Made by a program: the position numbers and the translations under genes. Below are positions 23,301 to 35,929 of a DNA stretch of 64,000 bases, in pieces (position 1 is the first letter of the stretch; each line of letters begins with the position of its first letter). A model generated the notes under the pieces. The model was not told where the DNA came from. It did not search any database and saw only the letters and a list, made by a program, of their open reading frames with translations. The DNA comes from Mobula hypostoma (taxonomy: Eukaryota), in NCBI RefSeq assembly GCF_963921235.1, contig NC_086097.1, positions 252,094,001-252,158,000 of the forward strand. The letters run 5' to 3'.

Positions 23301-26300
23301 TGAGAGCAAGGCTCAACAACGGGTTGTCAAAACTGCCCAACGCATCACAGGCACAGGGCTGCCTACCACCAGGGGCAGACATACAGAAAGGGCCAGAAAC
23401 ATCAGGAAGGATCTCACATCCCCTGCTCACGGACTGTCCGTCCCACTCCCATCAGGGAGGAGGCTACGTAGCATCCATGCTGGGACCACCAGACTCAAAA
23501 ACAGTTACTTTCCCCAAGCAGTGAGGCTGATCAACACCTCCACCCACTAACCCACCCCTCCACACCCCCAACCACCACTACTTTATCATTTCCTGTCAGT
23601 CACCTCATGTACAGACACTCCTGTGCCGAGCGTCACTTCATGGGCATATACAGTCAATCTTAAACTATCTTATGCATTTATATTTATTGTGTTTTCTACT
23701 ATCGTGTTCTTTATCCTTGTTTTTTTTTTAACTACATCAGACACAGATTAGCAGTCATTTTGATCTTTACATTTAAATGTCCTAATGTATCTGCATCTAC
23801 CACCACCCTGGCCGGGTGTTCCAGGTACCCATCACCGCCTTGTGTCAAAATGCTACCTCTGACATCCCCCCTATACTTTCTTCTAATCACCTTAAAATTA
23901 TACCCCCTTGTATTAGCCATGTCCACCTGGGAAAAAAGCCTCTGGCTATGCCTCTTACCATCTTGTACACCTCTCATCCTTCTTTGCTCCAAACAAAATC
24001 CCTAGCTCGCTCAACCTGTCCTTGTAAGACACGCTCTCTAAACCAGGCAGCATCCTGGTAAATCTCCATCTTCCCAACACCCTGCTCCTGCCTTATGGGT
24101 GCCACAGTAGCAACGCTGTTGCAGTCCGATTTCAGAGTTCAAGCCCGGCATCCTCTCAGTGGAATGGTTAAATCTGGGGCTCGGGAGGGCCAAAAGGGTC
24201 TGCTCTGTCGTTTAACTGTAAATAAAATAAAATCTGCTCGAAACAATACTCGCCCACTACGCCAGCCGCACATCCTTACCTCCAGCTTTGCCGCGATGAA
24301 CAGCGAGGAGATGCCGATAAGTTGCAGCTTGCTTTTATGAACATTCTCCTGAGTAAACATGAACCGATCAAAAAAATCCTGAGCCAGGTAAAAGGTTTCT
24401 CTATGGAGCATGTAAACATCACAAACCTGCAAAGCAGAAGCCAGAAAATTGTCGGGCACACGAATAGTACAAAGCTGTGACGGTAACAGAAACACGGCAA
24501 CGCTTGGACTCGTTAGGACTCCGCACGCAACTTGTGTTGTATATGTAAACATTATTATTTTTGTTATCTTTTTGTCTCTGCAGTTTATTCTCTCGTGCAC
24601 ACTGGTTGGTTGTCCGTCTTTGTGTCCACTGAGTTTATTAGGTTTACTGTGAATACCCACAAGAAATTTAACCTCAGGGTAGTACATGCTGACATACTTA
24701 GACAATAAATTTACTTTAACCTGCAGGCTGCCCCAGCACATCGGACTGTTGGTCGTTGACAACACACACTGTACGTTTTGATGTACATGTGATAAGTAAG
24801 TTAACCTTCACAAAACTAACTAGCTTGCTGTCATTAAGGGCATATAAGAACTGACTTCCCCTCGCTCCACTTCTCTTCTTCCATTCCCCATTCTGGTTCC
24901 TCTCCCCTCTTTCACCTGCCCATCACCTGAGTCCCCTCCTTTCCTTTTTCCCCCATGGTCCACTCTCCTCTGCAATCAGATTCCTTCAACCATCTACCAC
25001 CTCACAGCTTCTCACTTCACCCCCTCCCCCCACCTGTCTCCCCCATCATCTGCCAGCTTGTACTCTTAACCCTCTCTCACCATCTTCTCCCCCTTTTCTT
25101 TCCAGTCCTGAGGAGGGTCTCGGCTCAAAACCCAATTTGTTTTCATTTCCATGGATGCTGCCTGACCTGCTGAGTTCCTCCAGCATTGTGTGTGTTGCTC
25201 TGGATTTCCAGCAGTTACAGGATCTCTCGTGTTTATGAAAGATAAGTATTTCCTTTCCCTGCGGGTATGGGAAGTTAACCTGAATAGGTTTTTATTAATT
25301 CACCAATGTTGTCAGCACCATCTCAGATTGCGACAAGGCGTGACAGACCAGCTAACTGAGTGAGGTTACAACCACCTTCCACTCAAGGTCAGTAAAGACC
25401 AAGGAGTTGATGGCAGATTTATTTAGAGATGTGGCATGGGACAGACCCCTCCAGCCCAACGAGCCACACTGCACAGCAACCCACTTATTCACAGGACCAT
25501 TTACAACCAGCAACTGACCTACTAAACAGTACGCTCTTGGAATTTGGGAGGAAACCAGAGCACCCGGAAGAAACCCAAGCACTTACAGGAAGAAAACATA
25601 GAAAATAGGTGCAGGAGTAGGCCATTCGGCCCTTCAAGCCTGCACCGCCATTCAGTATGATCATGGTTGATCATCCAACTCAGAACCCTGTACCTGCCTT
25701 CCCTCCATACCCCCTGATCCCTTTAGCCACAAGGGCCATATCTAACTCCCTCTTAAATATAGCCAATGAACTGGCCTCAACTGTTTCCTGTGGCAGAGAA
25801 CTCCACAGATTCACCACTCTCTGCGTGAAGAAGTTTTTCCTAATCTCGGTCCTAAAGGGCTTCCCCTTTATCCTCAAACTGTGACCCCTCATTCTGGACT
25901 TCCCCAACATCGGGAACAATCTTCCTGCATCTAGCCTGTCCAATCTCTTTAGGATTTTAAATGTTTCAGTAAGATCCCCCCTCAATCTTCTAAATTCCAA
26001 CGAGTATAAGCCTAGTCGATCCAGTCTTTCATCATATGAAAGTCCTGCCATCCCAGGAATCAATCTGGTGAACCTTCTTTGTACTCCCTCTATGGCAAGG
26101 ATGTCTTTCCTCAGATTAGGGGACCAAAACTGCACACAATACTCCAGGTGTGGTCTCACCAAGGCCTTGTACAACTGCAGTAGCACCTCCCTGCTCCTGT
26201 ACTCGAATCCTCTTGCTATAAATGCCAGCATACCATTGGCATTTATAAGAACACACAAACTTCTCACAGTTTCGGAACTGAACTCTGAGTTTGGAATGGG

Positions 26301-29300
26301 AAGTCGAGGGAACACACATTAGTTCGCACTGAGGGATCAGCAGTGGAAAAGGTAAGTGGTTTCAAATTCTGGGTGTCAACGCAGATTGCACAATAGCTAT
26401 ATTTTTATTTTAAAAAGAGTTTGAGGAGATTTGGTACAGCTAAGATTTCTGTGGAGAGCATTCTTACTGCTTGCATCACTCTCTGGTATAGAGGCTCCAA
26501 AGCACAGGATTGTAAACTCAGCCAGCTCCACTGCGAGCACCAGCCTCCCCAGAAGAGGACATCTTCAAAGGGCGATGCCCCAGAAAGGCAACATCCATCG
26601 TGAAGAACCCTCCCCACCCAGGACATCCGCCTTCTCATTGTTACCAACAAGGTGGTGGGACCGGAGCCGGAAGAACATTTCAAAAACGACATCCTCGCCT
26701 CCTGCACGTTTCTGACCAGACAATGAACCAACCCAAGAACACTGCCTCAGCTTTTGCAGTACTTTTTTTAAAAAACATTTCTTATTGTAATTCATGTACA
26801 TTTAGGTGTTGCATTGTACTGCTGCCACAAAACAAATTTCACAATATACCGGACTGATCATAAACTTGATTCTGAGCCTGAGAGCTGGACGAGATTAGAC
26901 AGTAGTTCCCAAAGCTAACTTCTACAAACATTAGTCAAATATATCAAGTCCGACTTAATACTCCTACGTAAAATGAGATGAGGTAGACTGAGGACTGACC
27001 GGGAACTCTGGCTAGTAATTTACCAGCAGTGATAATAAGCCCAAATCAGGGTCTCTGAATCAGAGTCTCTGTATCCTCTGCAGCACAGGTTCCCAACCCG
27101 GGTTCAATAGTCCTCTTGCTTAATGGCATCAGTCCACGGCGTGAGAAACACTGGGAACCCCCGAACCAAAAAGAGGTACGGGAGTGTGACGGCATTCTAC
27201 ACTCTCCTAGCTAGATGCAGAACCAATACTAAGACCATAAGACATAGGAGCAGAATTAGGCCATTTGGCCCATCGAGTCTGCTCTGCCATTTCATCATGG
27301 CCAATCCAAATTTTCCATCTTCAGCCCCACTCCCCGGCTGTCTCTTTGTAACCTTTGATGCCATGTCCAATCGAAAACCTATCAAGCTCTGCCTTAAATA
27401 CACCCAACGACCTGGCCTCCACAGCTGCCTGTGGTAACAAATTCACCACCCTCTGGCTAGATGGAGAGATGGAAAATTAACCAGAACCCTACTGAGGAAT
27501 GGACAAAATGAAAGAAATTTCTCTGCATCGCTGTTTTAAACAGACACCCCTATCTTGTCCTAGATTCCCACTGTGGGAAACATCTTTTCCACATCTGCAC
27601 TGTCTAGGCCTCTCAACATTCGAAAGGTTGCAATCAGATCCCTCTCATCCCAAATTCCAGCGAGTACAGACCCAGAGCCATCAACCATTCCTCGTATGAT
27701 AACCCATCCTTGTGAATCTCCTCTGAACCCTCTCCAATTCCAACACATCTTATAAAGCCTCAGCATCACATCCCTGCTAGACCTCTTGAGATGAATGCCA
27801 ACATTGCATTTGCCTTCCTCACCACTGACTCAATCTGCAAGTTAACCTTTAGGGTGTTCTACACAGGGACTCAAGTCCCTTTGTATCTCAGATTTTTGGA
27901 TATTCTCTCCGTTTAGAAAATAGCCTGCACATTTATTTCTACTACCAAAGTGCATGACCATGCATTTTCCAACATTGTATTTCATTTGCCACTTTCTTGC
28001 CTATTCTCCTAATCTGTCCAAGTCCTTCTGCAGCCTATTTGTTTCCTCAACACTGCCTGCCCCTCCACCAATCTTCGTATCAACTGCAAACTTGGCAACA
28101 AATCCATCTATTCCATCATCTAAGTCATTGATATACAGCATAAAAAGAAGTGGTCCCAACACCGACCCCTGCGGAACACCACTAGTCACTGGCAGCCAAC
28201 CTGGAAAGGATCCTTTTACTCCCAATCACTGCCTCCTACCAATCAGCCAATGCTCTAACCATGTTAGTAACTTTCCTGTAATACCTCAAGTGTGGCACCT
28301 TGTCAAAGGCCTTCTGAAAGTCCAAACATACAACATGCACTGCATTTCTCTATCTATCCTATTGGTCAACCTCCGCTTTAAATGAATGCTACAGATTCAC
28401 CACCCTCTGGCTAAACACCAAAGCATCTGGAGGCCAGTAAACCAAGGCGGCAACACAAGTGACAGTCCGTCCTCAGTCACTTCCTCCACCAGCAGCTGCT
28501 GCTGCAGGGAGCATCGTTACCTTCCAGACCACTCTGCTGTCATCTCCACCGTAGACACAGGTGAAACACTGCTGGGTTTGCCAAAGCCACTCAACCCCAT
28601 TTCACGATCACTTTCACCTCCCCCATCCTAACAACTTTCTACAGGAGCACCGTCCAGTGTCCCGTCCGGCTGCATCATTGTGTGGTAGGAAGCTGCAAGG
28701 CATCGGACTGCAAGACCCTACAGAGAGGAGCATCATTGGAGTCTCTGCACACACCATTTGTGACATTTACCTGGAGCAAGCGCCACAGATCACATTGAAA
28801 CCTATTAAATACGGAAATGCCTAGATCGAGAGGATGTTTCCTACAGAGGGGGAAGACTAGGACTGGACAGCGGCCTCGGAACAGAGAGGCATCCATTTAG
28901 AACAGAGATGCTGCAATACCTGCAAACTGAAGCTTTGAATATCAAATGCAGAACAGAGAACCCTACAGTACAGGCCCCTCGGCCCACAATGTTGTGGTGA
29001 TCTTTTATTCTACTCCAAAATCAACCTAATCTTTCCATTCCACAGAGCTTCCCATTACCCATGTGCCCAAGAGTTGTGTGTTTTGGAAATGTACAGATGT
29101 CCCCAATTTACCCCTGGCAGGGTACTCCACACACCCATTACTCTATGTAAAGAACTGACATCTCCCTTATACTTTCCTCCAACCATCTTAAAATTATTCA
29201 CCCTGATATTAGCCACTTCCACCCTGGGGAAAAAGTCTCTGCCCACGATCTGTGCCTCATTTCATCTTGTACACCTCTGTCCAGTCGCCTCTCATCTTGT

Positions 29301-32300
29301 ACACCTCTGTCCAGTCGCCTCTCATCCTCCTTCGCTCGAGAGAGAAAGAACCCTCTCTCAACTCATCTTCAAAAGACTGGCTCTCAAATCCGAGCAGCAT
29401 CCTCATTCCTCTGAAGCTTCCACATCCTTCCTGTAATGAGGTGACCAGAACCGAATACAATACTCCAAGTGTGGTGTAACCAGGGCTTTACTGAGCTGCA
29501 ACGTTACCTCAACGGCTCTCGAACTCAATCCCCTGACTAATGAAGGCCAACATACCACACACTTTAACCACTATCAACTGGCACAGAAACTGAGGGGTTG
29601 ATTGACAATGGAGTACATGATCCCTCAAAGCTACTGTGCAAATTGAATGCTGATAATTCGAATCCAAATCTATCCTTCAGTTAGTCCTGACGAAGGGTCT
29701 CGGCCTGAAACGTCGACTGCGCCTCTTCCTATAGATGCTGCCTGGCCTGCTGCGTTCACCAGCAACTTTGATGTGTGTTGCTAAGATAATGAAACAAGTT
29801 TAGTATATACTGACAAACCTCTATTAGCCAGTCGAGTAGAATTGCTCTCATTTTTGGCTGTAAGGACGGGTGCAAGGAGAGAACATCTTTACTGTGCGTG
29901 TATTTTATTTCCTTCTTCAACATGTTTGACCAAACGTCTTCAGAGCTTCCCCAGCTAGAAACAGAAAAACCAAGTCAGGAAAGCACCACTAACACAAGAA
30001 CACATTTGATGTTAATAAGCTCTTTCAAAATCTCTCTGCAGGAATACACATTAAGACAATCTGCTTCCTCCGACTCTGCATCTTCAGACAGCTCCTGGAA
30101 AAGATCGCTGAAGTAGCTACAGAACACGATTTCATGCCGTCTCTCAGCCCACTTCAGTTTGGTTCCATTTGAGAAACCATTTCCTTTTCAAATCTCATAA
30201 CACCCATCAGTTTCAGGATCGTCAGTCCATTCGTCATTTTCACCGCTTTTAACGTATTACCTCTGGGTCTGAAATATGTAGCGCAGTAGTGTGGCGCTAG
30301 TGCAAATGCTTCACAGGGCCAGTGATCTGGGTTGAAGTCCCACCGCTGTCTATAAGGAGACCACGTGGGTTTCCTCCGGGTGCTCCAGTTTCCTTCCACA
30401 CTCCAAAGATGTACAGATTAGGGGCAGTTAGTTGTGGGCAGGCTGCATTGGCACCAGAAATGGGTGGGCTGCCCTCTGCCCAGCACATCCTCGGACTGTG
30501 TTGGTCGTTGACACAATGGATACATTTCACTGATGTACATGTGACAAAAAGTTAATCTTTAGAGGTGCATTTTTAATACCCCTTACTGGTCTCCATGCAG
30601 ATTTTGGTTTCGAACTTTAGGAAACTTCAATCACTTCCACGTACAACTGAACTGCCCAAGAATATAGTCTGACACTCCCTACAGCTGAAACTGATAGTCA
30701 TTATCATGGTATACTTAAAAATGTTAGCATCTCAAACTAAATTCAACTTATTGTGTTAAGGTTACAGGCTGGTTAGGTTAATATTAAGGTAAGCACAATA
30801 TAGTGGGCAAAGGACCTTACTGCGCTGTACCCATGATTAGGCCAGGGTTAAATCTGGGGTTGTTGTGCATCTCAGGGCCTGTACCCCGCTGTACCCATGA
30901 TTAGGGTAGGTTTAAATCTGGGGTTGTTGCATGGCACGAAGGGCCAGAAGGGCATTTCTGTGCCATATCTCAATAAATAATGTTCTCTGTTCAGGCTGTG
31001 GACACAATCTCTCTACTGGAAACTAGGGTGCTCAAATTTAATTATTATCTATTTTATTTACTTAGAGATACAGTGCAAATTAGGCCCAATGAGCCACCCA
31101 GCAATCCCCAATTTTACCCTAGCCTAATCACGGGACAATTACAATAATAATTGTTCTTCTAACCGGTACATCTTTGGACTGTGCAAGGAAATTGGAGAAA
31201 AGCCACAAGCTCAAGGGGAGAATGTATAGACTTGCACAGGAGGACGCTGGAACTGAACGCTGAACTCCAACGTCCAGAGCTGTTATAGTGTCGCACTAAC
31301 TGCGACAGTACCATGCTGTCTTACTTTTAAAACATCAACTTATAATCCACTTCTCAGCCAACAGATAAAACTTTAGCAGCATTGAAATTTTAACCATCAG
31401 ACCATTTCAGCATACTTTTGGCAAACACAAACACTTGGGGTAAAGATTTAGAAGCTTTCCATTGAAATGTTGCCCCAAATCCTATGCAGCAGGGTACTTA
31501 CCCAAGAGGTGGTAGCGGTGATTTGTTTAGGAATAAATTTTTAAACCTATATTGTGTGAACTTGGAGAAGTCTTCAGTGAGATCGTTCTCTTTGTGGGGT
31601 GTAGGGATAAGGACACACGGACTAACACCTCCGGGTGCAATGGGAGCCCAACAACTCTGTCAAAAAAAATAAAGTTATTGTAATTTGGAGCTCTGATCAA
31701 ATGCTACTACAAACAGAGCACAGCAGCACCTCCACTTTCTTAGAAGATTCAGCATGACATCTAAAACTTTGACAAACTTCTACAGATATGTGGTGGAGTA
31801 TATTGACTGGCTGTATCACAGCCTGGTATGGAAACAGCAATGCCCTTGAGAAGAAAATCCTCAAAAAGTGGTGGATATACCCAGTCCATCACAGGTAAAA
31901 CCCTCCCCACCATTGAGCGCATCTACACGGAGTAGGGTCACAGGAATTCAAGGACCCCCATCACCAGGGACGTGTGTTCTCACTGCGGTTGCCATCAGGA
32001 AGGAGTCACAGGAGCCTCAGAAACCACTCTACCAGAATCAGGAATAATTATTATCCTTCAGCCATCGGGCTCCTGAACCAGAGGGGATGACTTCACTCAC
32101 CCCATCACTGAAACGTTCCCACAACCTGTGGACTCACTTTCAAGGACTCTTCATCTCGTTTTCTGGCTAAATTATTGCTATTTATTTATATTTGCACAGT
32201 TTGTTGTCCTCTGCACTCTTAGCGAATACCCTAGCTGTCTGGTCTTTCACTGATTCTGTTAATAGTTACTATTCCATAGATTTACTGAGTATGCCCGCAA

Positions 32301-34233
32301 GAAAGTTAACCTCAGGCTTGTCTATGGTGAAATGCTGAACGCACTTTGATAATAACATTTGAACTTTGAATTTTAAGCACCCTCTGCTGGTCGCAGTATT
32401 TCAAAAAACGATAAAATACTGAGGCACACATTTTAAGCTTGCTGCTACTAATTCCATCTTATATTCATAAATAAACACAGGTTCACAGTAATTTAGAATG
32501 GGAAAGCTGTTCAAAATAATTGATCCCCACCCCCCGCCCCAGGGTCCAGCATCTCGGAAAGTTAGCAGCAAGTGGGAGCCCAGTTGAGGCTGATGGAAGG
32601 GAAGGCGGCATTAATAATGGGGTGATGATGAATGAAGAGGCATCGGTCTCACGCTGAACGGCGTTGGGAATGAACGAGCCCCGGGTTGAGGTGTGAACCC
32701 CGCAATACCCCGAGGCCAGAGTGTCACTCACATCCCACCTCTGATTTCCCCCCAGCTAAACGTTCGCGAGGGAAAACTTCCCGCGTTTATTCATTTCCGT
32801 CTTAATTTAACGACCGGGTCCGGCCGCTCCGATCGATCGACCCCCCAGCCCCGGTTCAAAGCCCCACACCGGTCACCCGACACGGTTACAGTGGGTCGGC
32901 TCCGCGGGTTAAAGCCGGGGTCGCGGGGACCCCGCTGACCTTCCCGCCGGTCTGTTACCCCGTTTTGCAAATTAAACCCCCTACCCCGGGGGGGGGGGGT
33001 TGTTGGGTTTGCACAGTCCCTGTAGAGGACGGTGGGGGTCGGGTCGGGGGGTGGGGGGAGATACAGTTAGCCCGCACCCCCCACCCCATCCGCGCTGCCA
33101 GAACTTCGCCCGCCAACCTCTGAGCACAATGGGAAAACACCGCGTTTTCTCTCATAATAAAAATGTATATTCCTGCTTCCGGGCGGGTTTTCATTTTAAA
33201 TTTTAGTGCGGGAATTGAAAACCCTTCTCCCCCCACCCAGCTCCTGCAAGGCGGGCGGGCGCGCCTCCGCCAGGGACCTCCCTTCCTCGCAGGAGAAGCC
33301 GGAACCGGCGGCGGGACAGCGCGCTCACCCGGCCCTGTCCCGTCCACAGAACCCCCAAAATAACACCCAAGTCAATCAAAGCTCCAACGGAGCACACCGA
33401 GCCCTCCCAACCACCAGCACTGCGGCGGGTACGCAATACCGCCTCTCCGTCGGGTGCACTTGGAAGTTTTAAAGACATGTCGCACGATTAAAGCATCAAA
33501 AATATATATTGTTTGCTTACTTGAACAAAATGCACAACCTTATCCAAAATAACACTTCCTCCACCCCCAACCACACTGGACCCTCAGAATCAGGTTTAAT
33601 AAGGATGCCAAATCATTGGGCATATTTACGGCGGAGGTTAATAAGTTATTAAGGGTGTCAAAGGTTACAGGGGAATGGGGTTGAGGGGGATAATTAATCA
33701 GCCATGATGGAATGGTGGAGCAGACTAGATGGGCCGAATGGCCCGGTTCCGCTCCATTATCTATCACTGGCAGAGATGCTGAAATTTGCTGTACCCCACC
33801 TCGCTTTACCCAGGAGGAGCATTTAGTACATCTCTGCAGTAACACTGTCCAAATCGACGCCAATTCTCATTATCATCCCCACAAAGATGCGAATAGAAGT
33901 CCCCTACCTGTATCTGGAACTGATGTCTTCGCTTATTAACTTCTGCTTCGTGGCAACGTTGCTTGCATTCCTAGAATGAAATTAACTTGTTACTGTACCA
34001 GTCAGCTGTATCATTTTTTTGGTATAAAACATTGTCAAATTATACACTTACTTCAGATTTCCTCCTCTTGGACTGCATGGGGCCATTCTTTTGTTCCTCC
34101 ACTTTCGCCTGCCTAGCTTGTAAACGATCACTGTTTAAAACAGACAGGATTGATCATAAGCATCACCTCCCATCTCACCCCCACCCCGCCAAATGCATGA
34201 AAAATAAATATTTCCTCACCTGCGTCTCGACAT
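14258..34233 (-). CDS. CCNE2: G1/S-specific cyclin E2, complete spliced CDS (11 coding exons, 1209 nt, 402 aa)
   Basis: complement(join(14258..14371,15490..15647,19441..19552,20686..20820,23116..23211,24280..24426,29819..29954,31502..31656,33908..33970,34052..34130,34220..34233)). All introns GT-AG, phases consistent, no internal stops. MSRRS start, MRAILLDW cyclin box, C-terminal [10 protein letters not shown] degron, INTS8/TP53INP1 synteny. Confidence 0.95.
15490..15647 (-). CDS. CCNE2: Cyclin E2 coding exon 10
   Basis: (G)[18 protein letters not shown]...[16 protein letters not shown]|gtgagt; 158 nt. Confidence 0.95.
17137..19061 (+). mobile_element. CR1 family A, 5'-truncated, uninterrupted RT frame (young)
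   Basis: ORF 16994..18964: about 600 aa of CR1 ORF2 without stops ([31 protein letters not shown]). (TTTCTATG)n tail. Antisense in a CCNE2 intron. Confidence 0.95.
19441..19552 (-). CDS. CCNE2: Cyclin E2 coding exon 9
   Basis: tgcag|[37 protein letters not shown](G)|gtatgg; 112 nt. Confidence 0.95.
20686..20820 (-). CDS. CCNE2: Cyclin E2 coding exon 8
   Basis: ccctag|[45 protein letters not shown]|gtaact; 135 nt. Confidence 0.95.
23015..23054 (-). ncRNA. Hammerhead motif in a Penelope-like end, partly decayed
   Basis: Minus strand CAGTC-CTGATGA-GGACTCTCGACCT-GAAA-TGTC-GACTG. Confidence 0.5.
23116..23211 (-). CDS. CCNE2: Cyclin E2 coding exon 7
   Basis: tttcag|[32 protein letters not shown]|gtaacg; 96 nt. 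Confidence 0.96.
23262..23705 (+). mobile_element. Rex1/L2-like LINE 3' fragment
   Basis: ORF 23266..23550: [12 protein letters not shown]...[10 protein letters not shown]...[17 protein letters not shown]. Confidence 0.8.
24280..24426 (-). CDS. CCNE2: Cyclin E2 coding exon 6
   Basis: ttgcag|[49 protein letters not shown]|gtaagg; 147 nt. Confidence 0.96.
25594..26237 (-). mobile_element. CR1 family A 3' fragment inserted in a SINE
   Basis: ORF 25680..26315 C-terminal part matches family A. SINE sequence runs ~25415..25592 and resumes at ~26245. Confidence 0.9.
27230..28365 (-). mobile_element. Old CR1 (family C-like) fragment
   Basis: ORF 28001..28225 has [20 protein letters not shown]...[18 protein letters not shown] tail at the left end. 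Confidence 0.85.
29683..29718 (+). ncRNA. Minimal type I hammerhead ribozyme motif in a ~110-bp Penelope-like end (~29672..29781)
   Basis: AGTC-CTGACGA-AGGG-TCTCGG-CCT-GAAA-CGTC-GACT; perfect AGTC/GACT helix I and intact core. Confidence 0.72.
29819..29954 (-). CDS. CCNE2: Cyclin E2 coding exon 5
   Basis: ttctag|(G)[45 protein letters not shown]|gtttgt; 136 nt. Confidence 0.96.
30278..30558 (+). mobile_element. tRNA-derived SINE (V-SINE-like)
   Basis: TAGTGTGGCG (A-box-like), GGGTTGAAGTCCC (B-box-like), then the core GTGGGTTTCCTCCGGGTGCTCCAGTTTCCT. Confidence 0.7.
31502..31656 (-). CDS. CCNE2: Cyclin E2 coding exon 4
   Basis: tgacag|[51 protein letters not shown](G)|gtaagt; 155 nt; cyclin E2-type TPHKE and YRFKNLF. 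Confidence 0.95.
31710..32372 (+). mobile_element. Rex1/L2-like LINE 3' fragment, decayed
   Basis: Decayed LHFLRR...NFYR...[12 protein letters not shown]...LPSGR motifs; (TTTGAAC)n-like tail. Confidence 0.7.
32690..33490. promoter_or_regulatory. Intragenic CpG-rich island in a CCNE2 intron
   Basis: Dense CpG and GC-rich sequence against a CpG-depleted background; GC-box-like GGCGGGCGGGCG; not recognisably repetitive. Confidence 0.65.
33908..33970 (-). CDS. CCNE2: Cyclin E2 coding exon 3
   Basis: ttctag|[21 protein letters not shown]|gtaggg; 63 nt. Confidence 0.85.
34052..34130 (-). CDS. CCNE2: Cyclin E2 coding exon 2
   Basis: aaacag|(S)[26 protein letters not shown]|gtaagt; 79 nt; basic KRRK motif. 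Confidence 0.88.
34220..34233 (-). CDS. CCNE2: Cyclin E2 first coding exon (exon 34220..34246; ATG at 34233)
   Basis: tttacag|GATTTTCAAGAGG ATG TCG AGA CGC AG|gtgagg encodes MSRR(S). Confidence 0.88.
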
Positions 34234-34419
34234 CCTCTTGAAAATCCTGTAAAAATATCAATTGTAAAACATTACATACACAATATTGATATTTTACAAA
34301 AAGACCCACGGCATTAACTTCATGTCAGCCTCAATGTCATCTACATTTTTAAAAAATAAGAGGACATTTAATGAAAATGTAACCGAAAGGGCTTTTTTTT
34401 TGCAAAAGAGGTTCCTTTG

Positions 34420-35400
34420 AAACTGCCCTTTGGCGCATGAGCAACAGTCGACTTTAACTTAATATTATATCCACTCAAAATAAACACCCCGTAGCAACCT
34501 TATTTATACTATCCTCAATATATTTGTCATTAATTGGGTTGATGGTGAAGTATAAAGAGTACGTCTTTGATATTTTTAAGATTACTTGATGTCCCACCCG
34601 GTTCCGCGCCAATTTACACTGAGCGGGTAAAGCCTGGATTGGACACGGTCACAGAACAGCCGCCAACTCTATTAAACACACTCGCCTTTGCACTAAATAA
34701 CCTCAGTATCGCAATTTTCCACCTCGCCTTCAAATCACGGTCACAGAAGTCTCCTGGCTGAAGTTCTTTTTTGTACAAGCACACACTTACAGAGAAGCCG
34801 GTGAATTAAATGCATGCAGCGCTTAAAGAACCCGGCGCTGGCTCCCATTAATCATTTCCCGAGCCGGTCATACACATCAGTGCATTTGCTTCCCTCCCGC
34901 CACTTTAGGCACAGGCTGGGTATTTTTAGGGACAAGAGCCTGCGTGCATGGTCCCAGTGCCTGAAGCCGCTCCTTACCCCGGCTGCCGTGCTGCCGCTGC
35001 CCAGAAAGGTCTCCGCTGGCGCCGGCGCCAACACTTTTAACAAGCCAGCAAATCCAATGCGCATGTCCCCCAGGTGAACGAAAAATACACTTTCCCCCCG
35101 GCTCGACTATTCCTCAATATGACCGACTCAGCATACCTCTATTAATCCAAAACGTGCTTCGCTTGGGCAAATGATAATTTTGAAAAGTTTTAATTTTGGA
35201 GAAATTGCCCGCTAGCTTCTGGAGCCGCCTCCGGCCCCTCCCCCGGGGTGGGGATTTAAAAAACACCAATCGTCGCAACAAACCGGCCGCGCAACGTGAG
35301 TTTGGCTCCGAATGTAAACACAAACTCCAGTTCGGGCTGTCACTGCCGTCCCGCGTGCTAATAACATCGGACACAACCAATAAACACTAACTGTAAATTG
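34420..35400 (-). promoter_or_regulatory. CCNE2 promoter / non-coding exon 1 region with E2F-type sites
   Basis: CpG-rich. TTTGGCGC at 34429..34436; GCGCCAA at 34606..34612 and 35025..35031. Candidate exon 1 donors GG|GTAAGG (34977) and AG|GTATGC (35136). The TSS cannot be determined. Confidence 0.6.
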
Positions 35401-35929
35401 CTACTAAATCTACCAGCGGGCATTTCATTTCATCAGACCTTAAGTAGCGCTCAACCTGAACTGTGAGTGGATGTTTCCGATTAAGACCAGAGGTCACAGC
35501 CTCCGAATCCCTTCAGAACAGAGATAAGGAGGGATTTCTTTCACCAGAATCTGACGAATTCATTGCCACAGGCAGCCGTGGAGACCAAATCACAAACACG
35601 AGACATTCTGCGGACACTGGAAATCCAGAGCAACACATACAAAATGCTGGAGGAACTCAACAGGTCAGGCAGTGTCTATGGAAAAGTGCTGATGGAGGGT
35701 CTTGGCCCGGAACGTCGACTGTACTCTTTTCCACAGACGCTGCCCGGCCTGCTGAGCTCCTCCTGGCCATTTGGGCGGGTCGCTTCCAAGTCATTGGGCA
35801 TATACAAAGCGGAGGTGCATAGGTCAGGGTGTCAAAGGTTACAGGGAGAATGGGGTTGCGAGGGATGATGGATCATCCATGACGGGCTGAATGGCCTAAT
35901 TCTCCTCCTATGTTTTATGCACCAAAAGA

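Noticed and set aside
29262..29326. 30-bp tandem duplication (similar small ones near 30820..30930 and 62225..62300)
   Set aside because: Ordinary slippage duplications inside decayed repeats.
29980..30200. Stop-free acidic stretch on the minus strand upstream of CCNE2 exon 5 as an extra exon
   Set aside because: No ATG or convincing donor site, no similarity I recognise, and the CDS is complete without it.
14258..34233. Assignment as CCNE1
   Set aside because: The MSRRS start, TPHKE, YRFKNLF and TPPKSTEK motifs and the neighbouring genes match cyclin E2.
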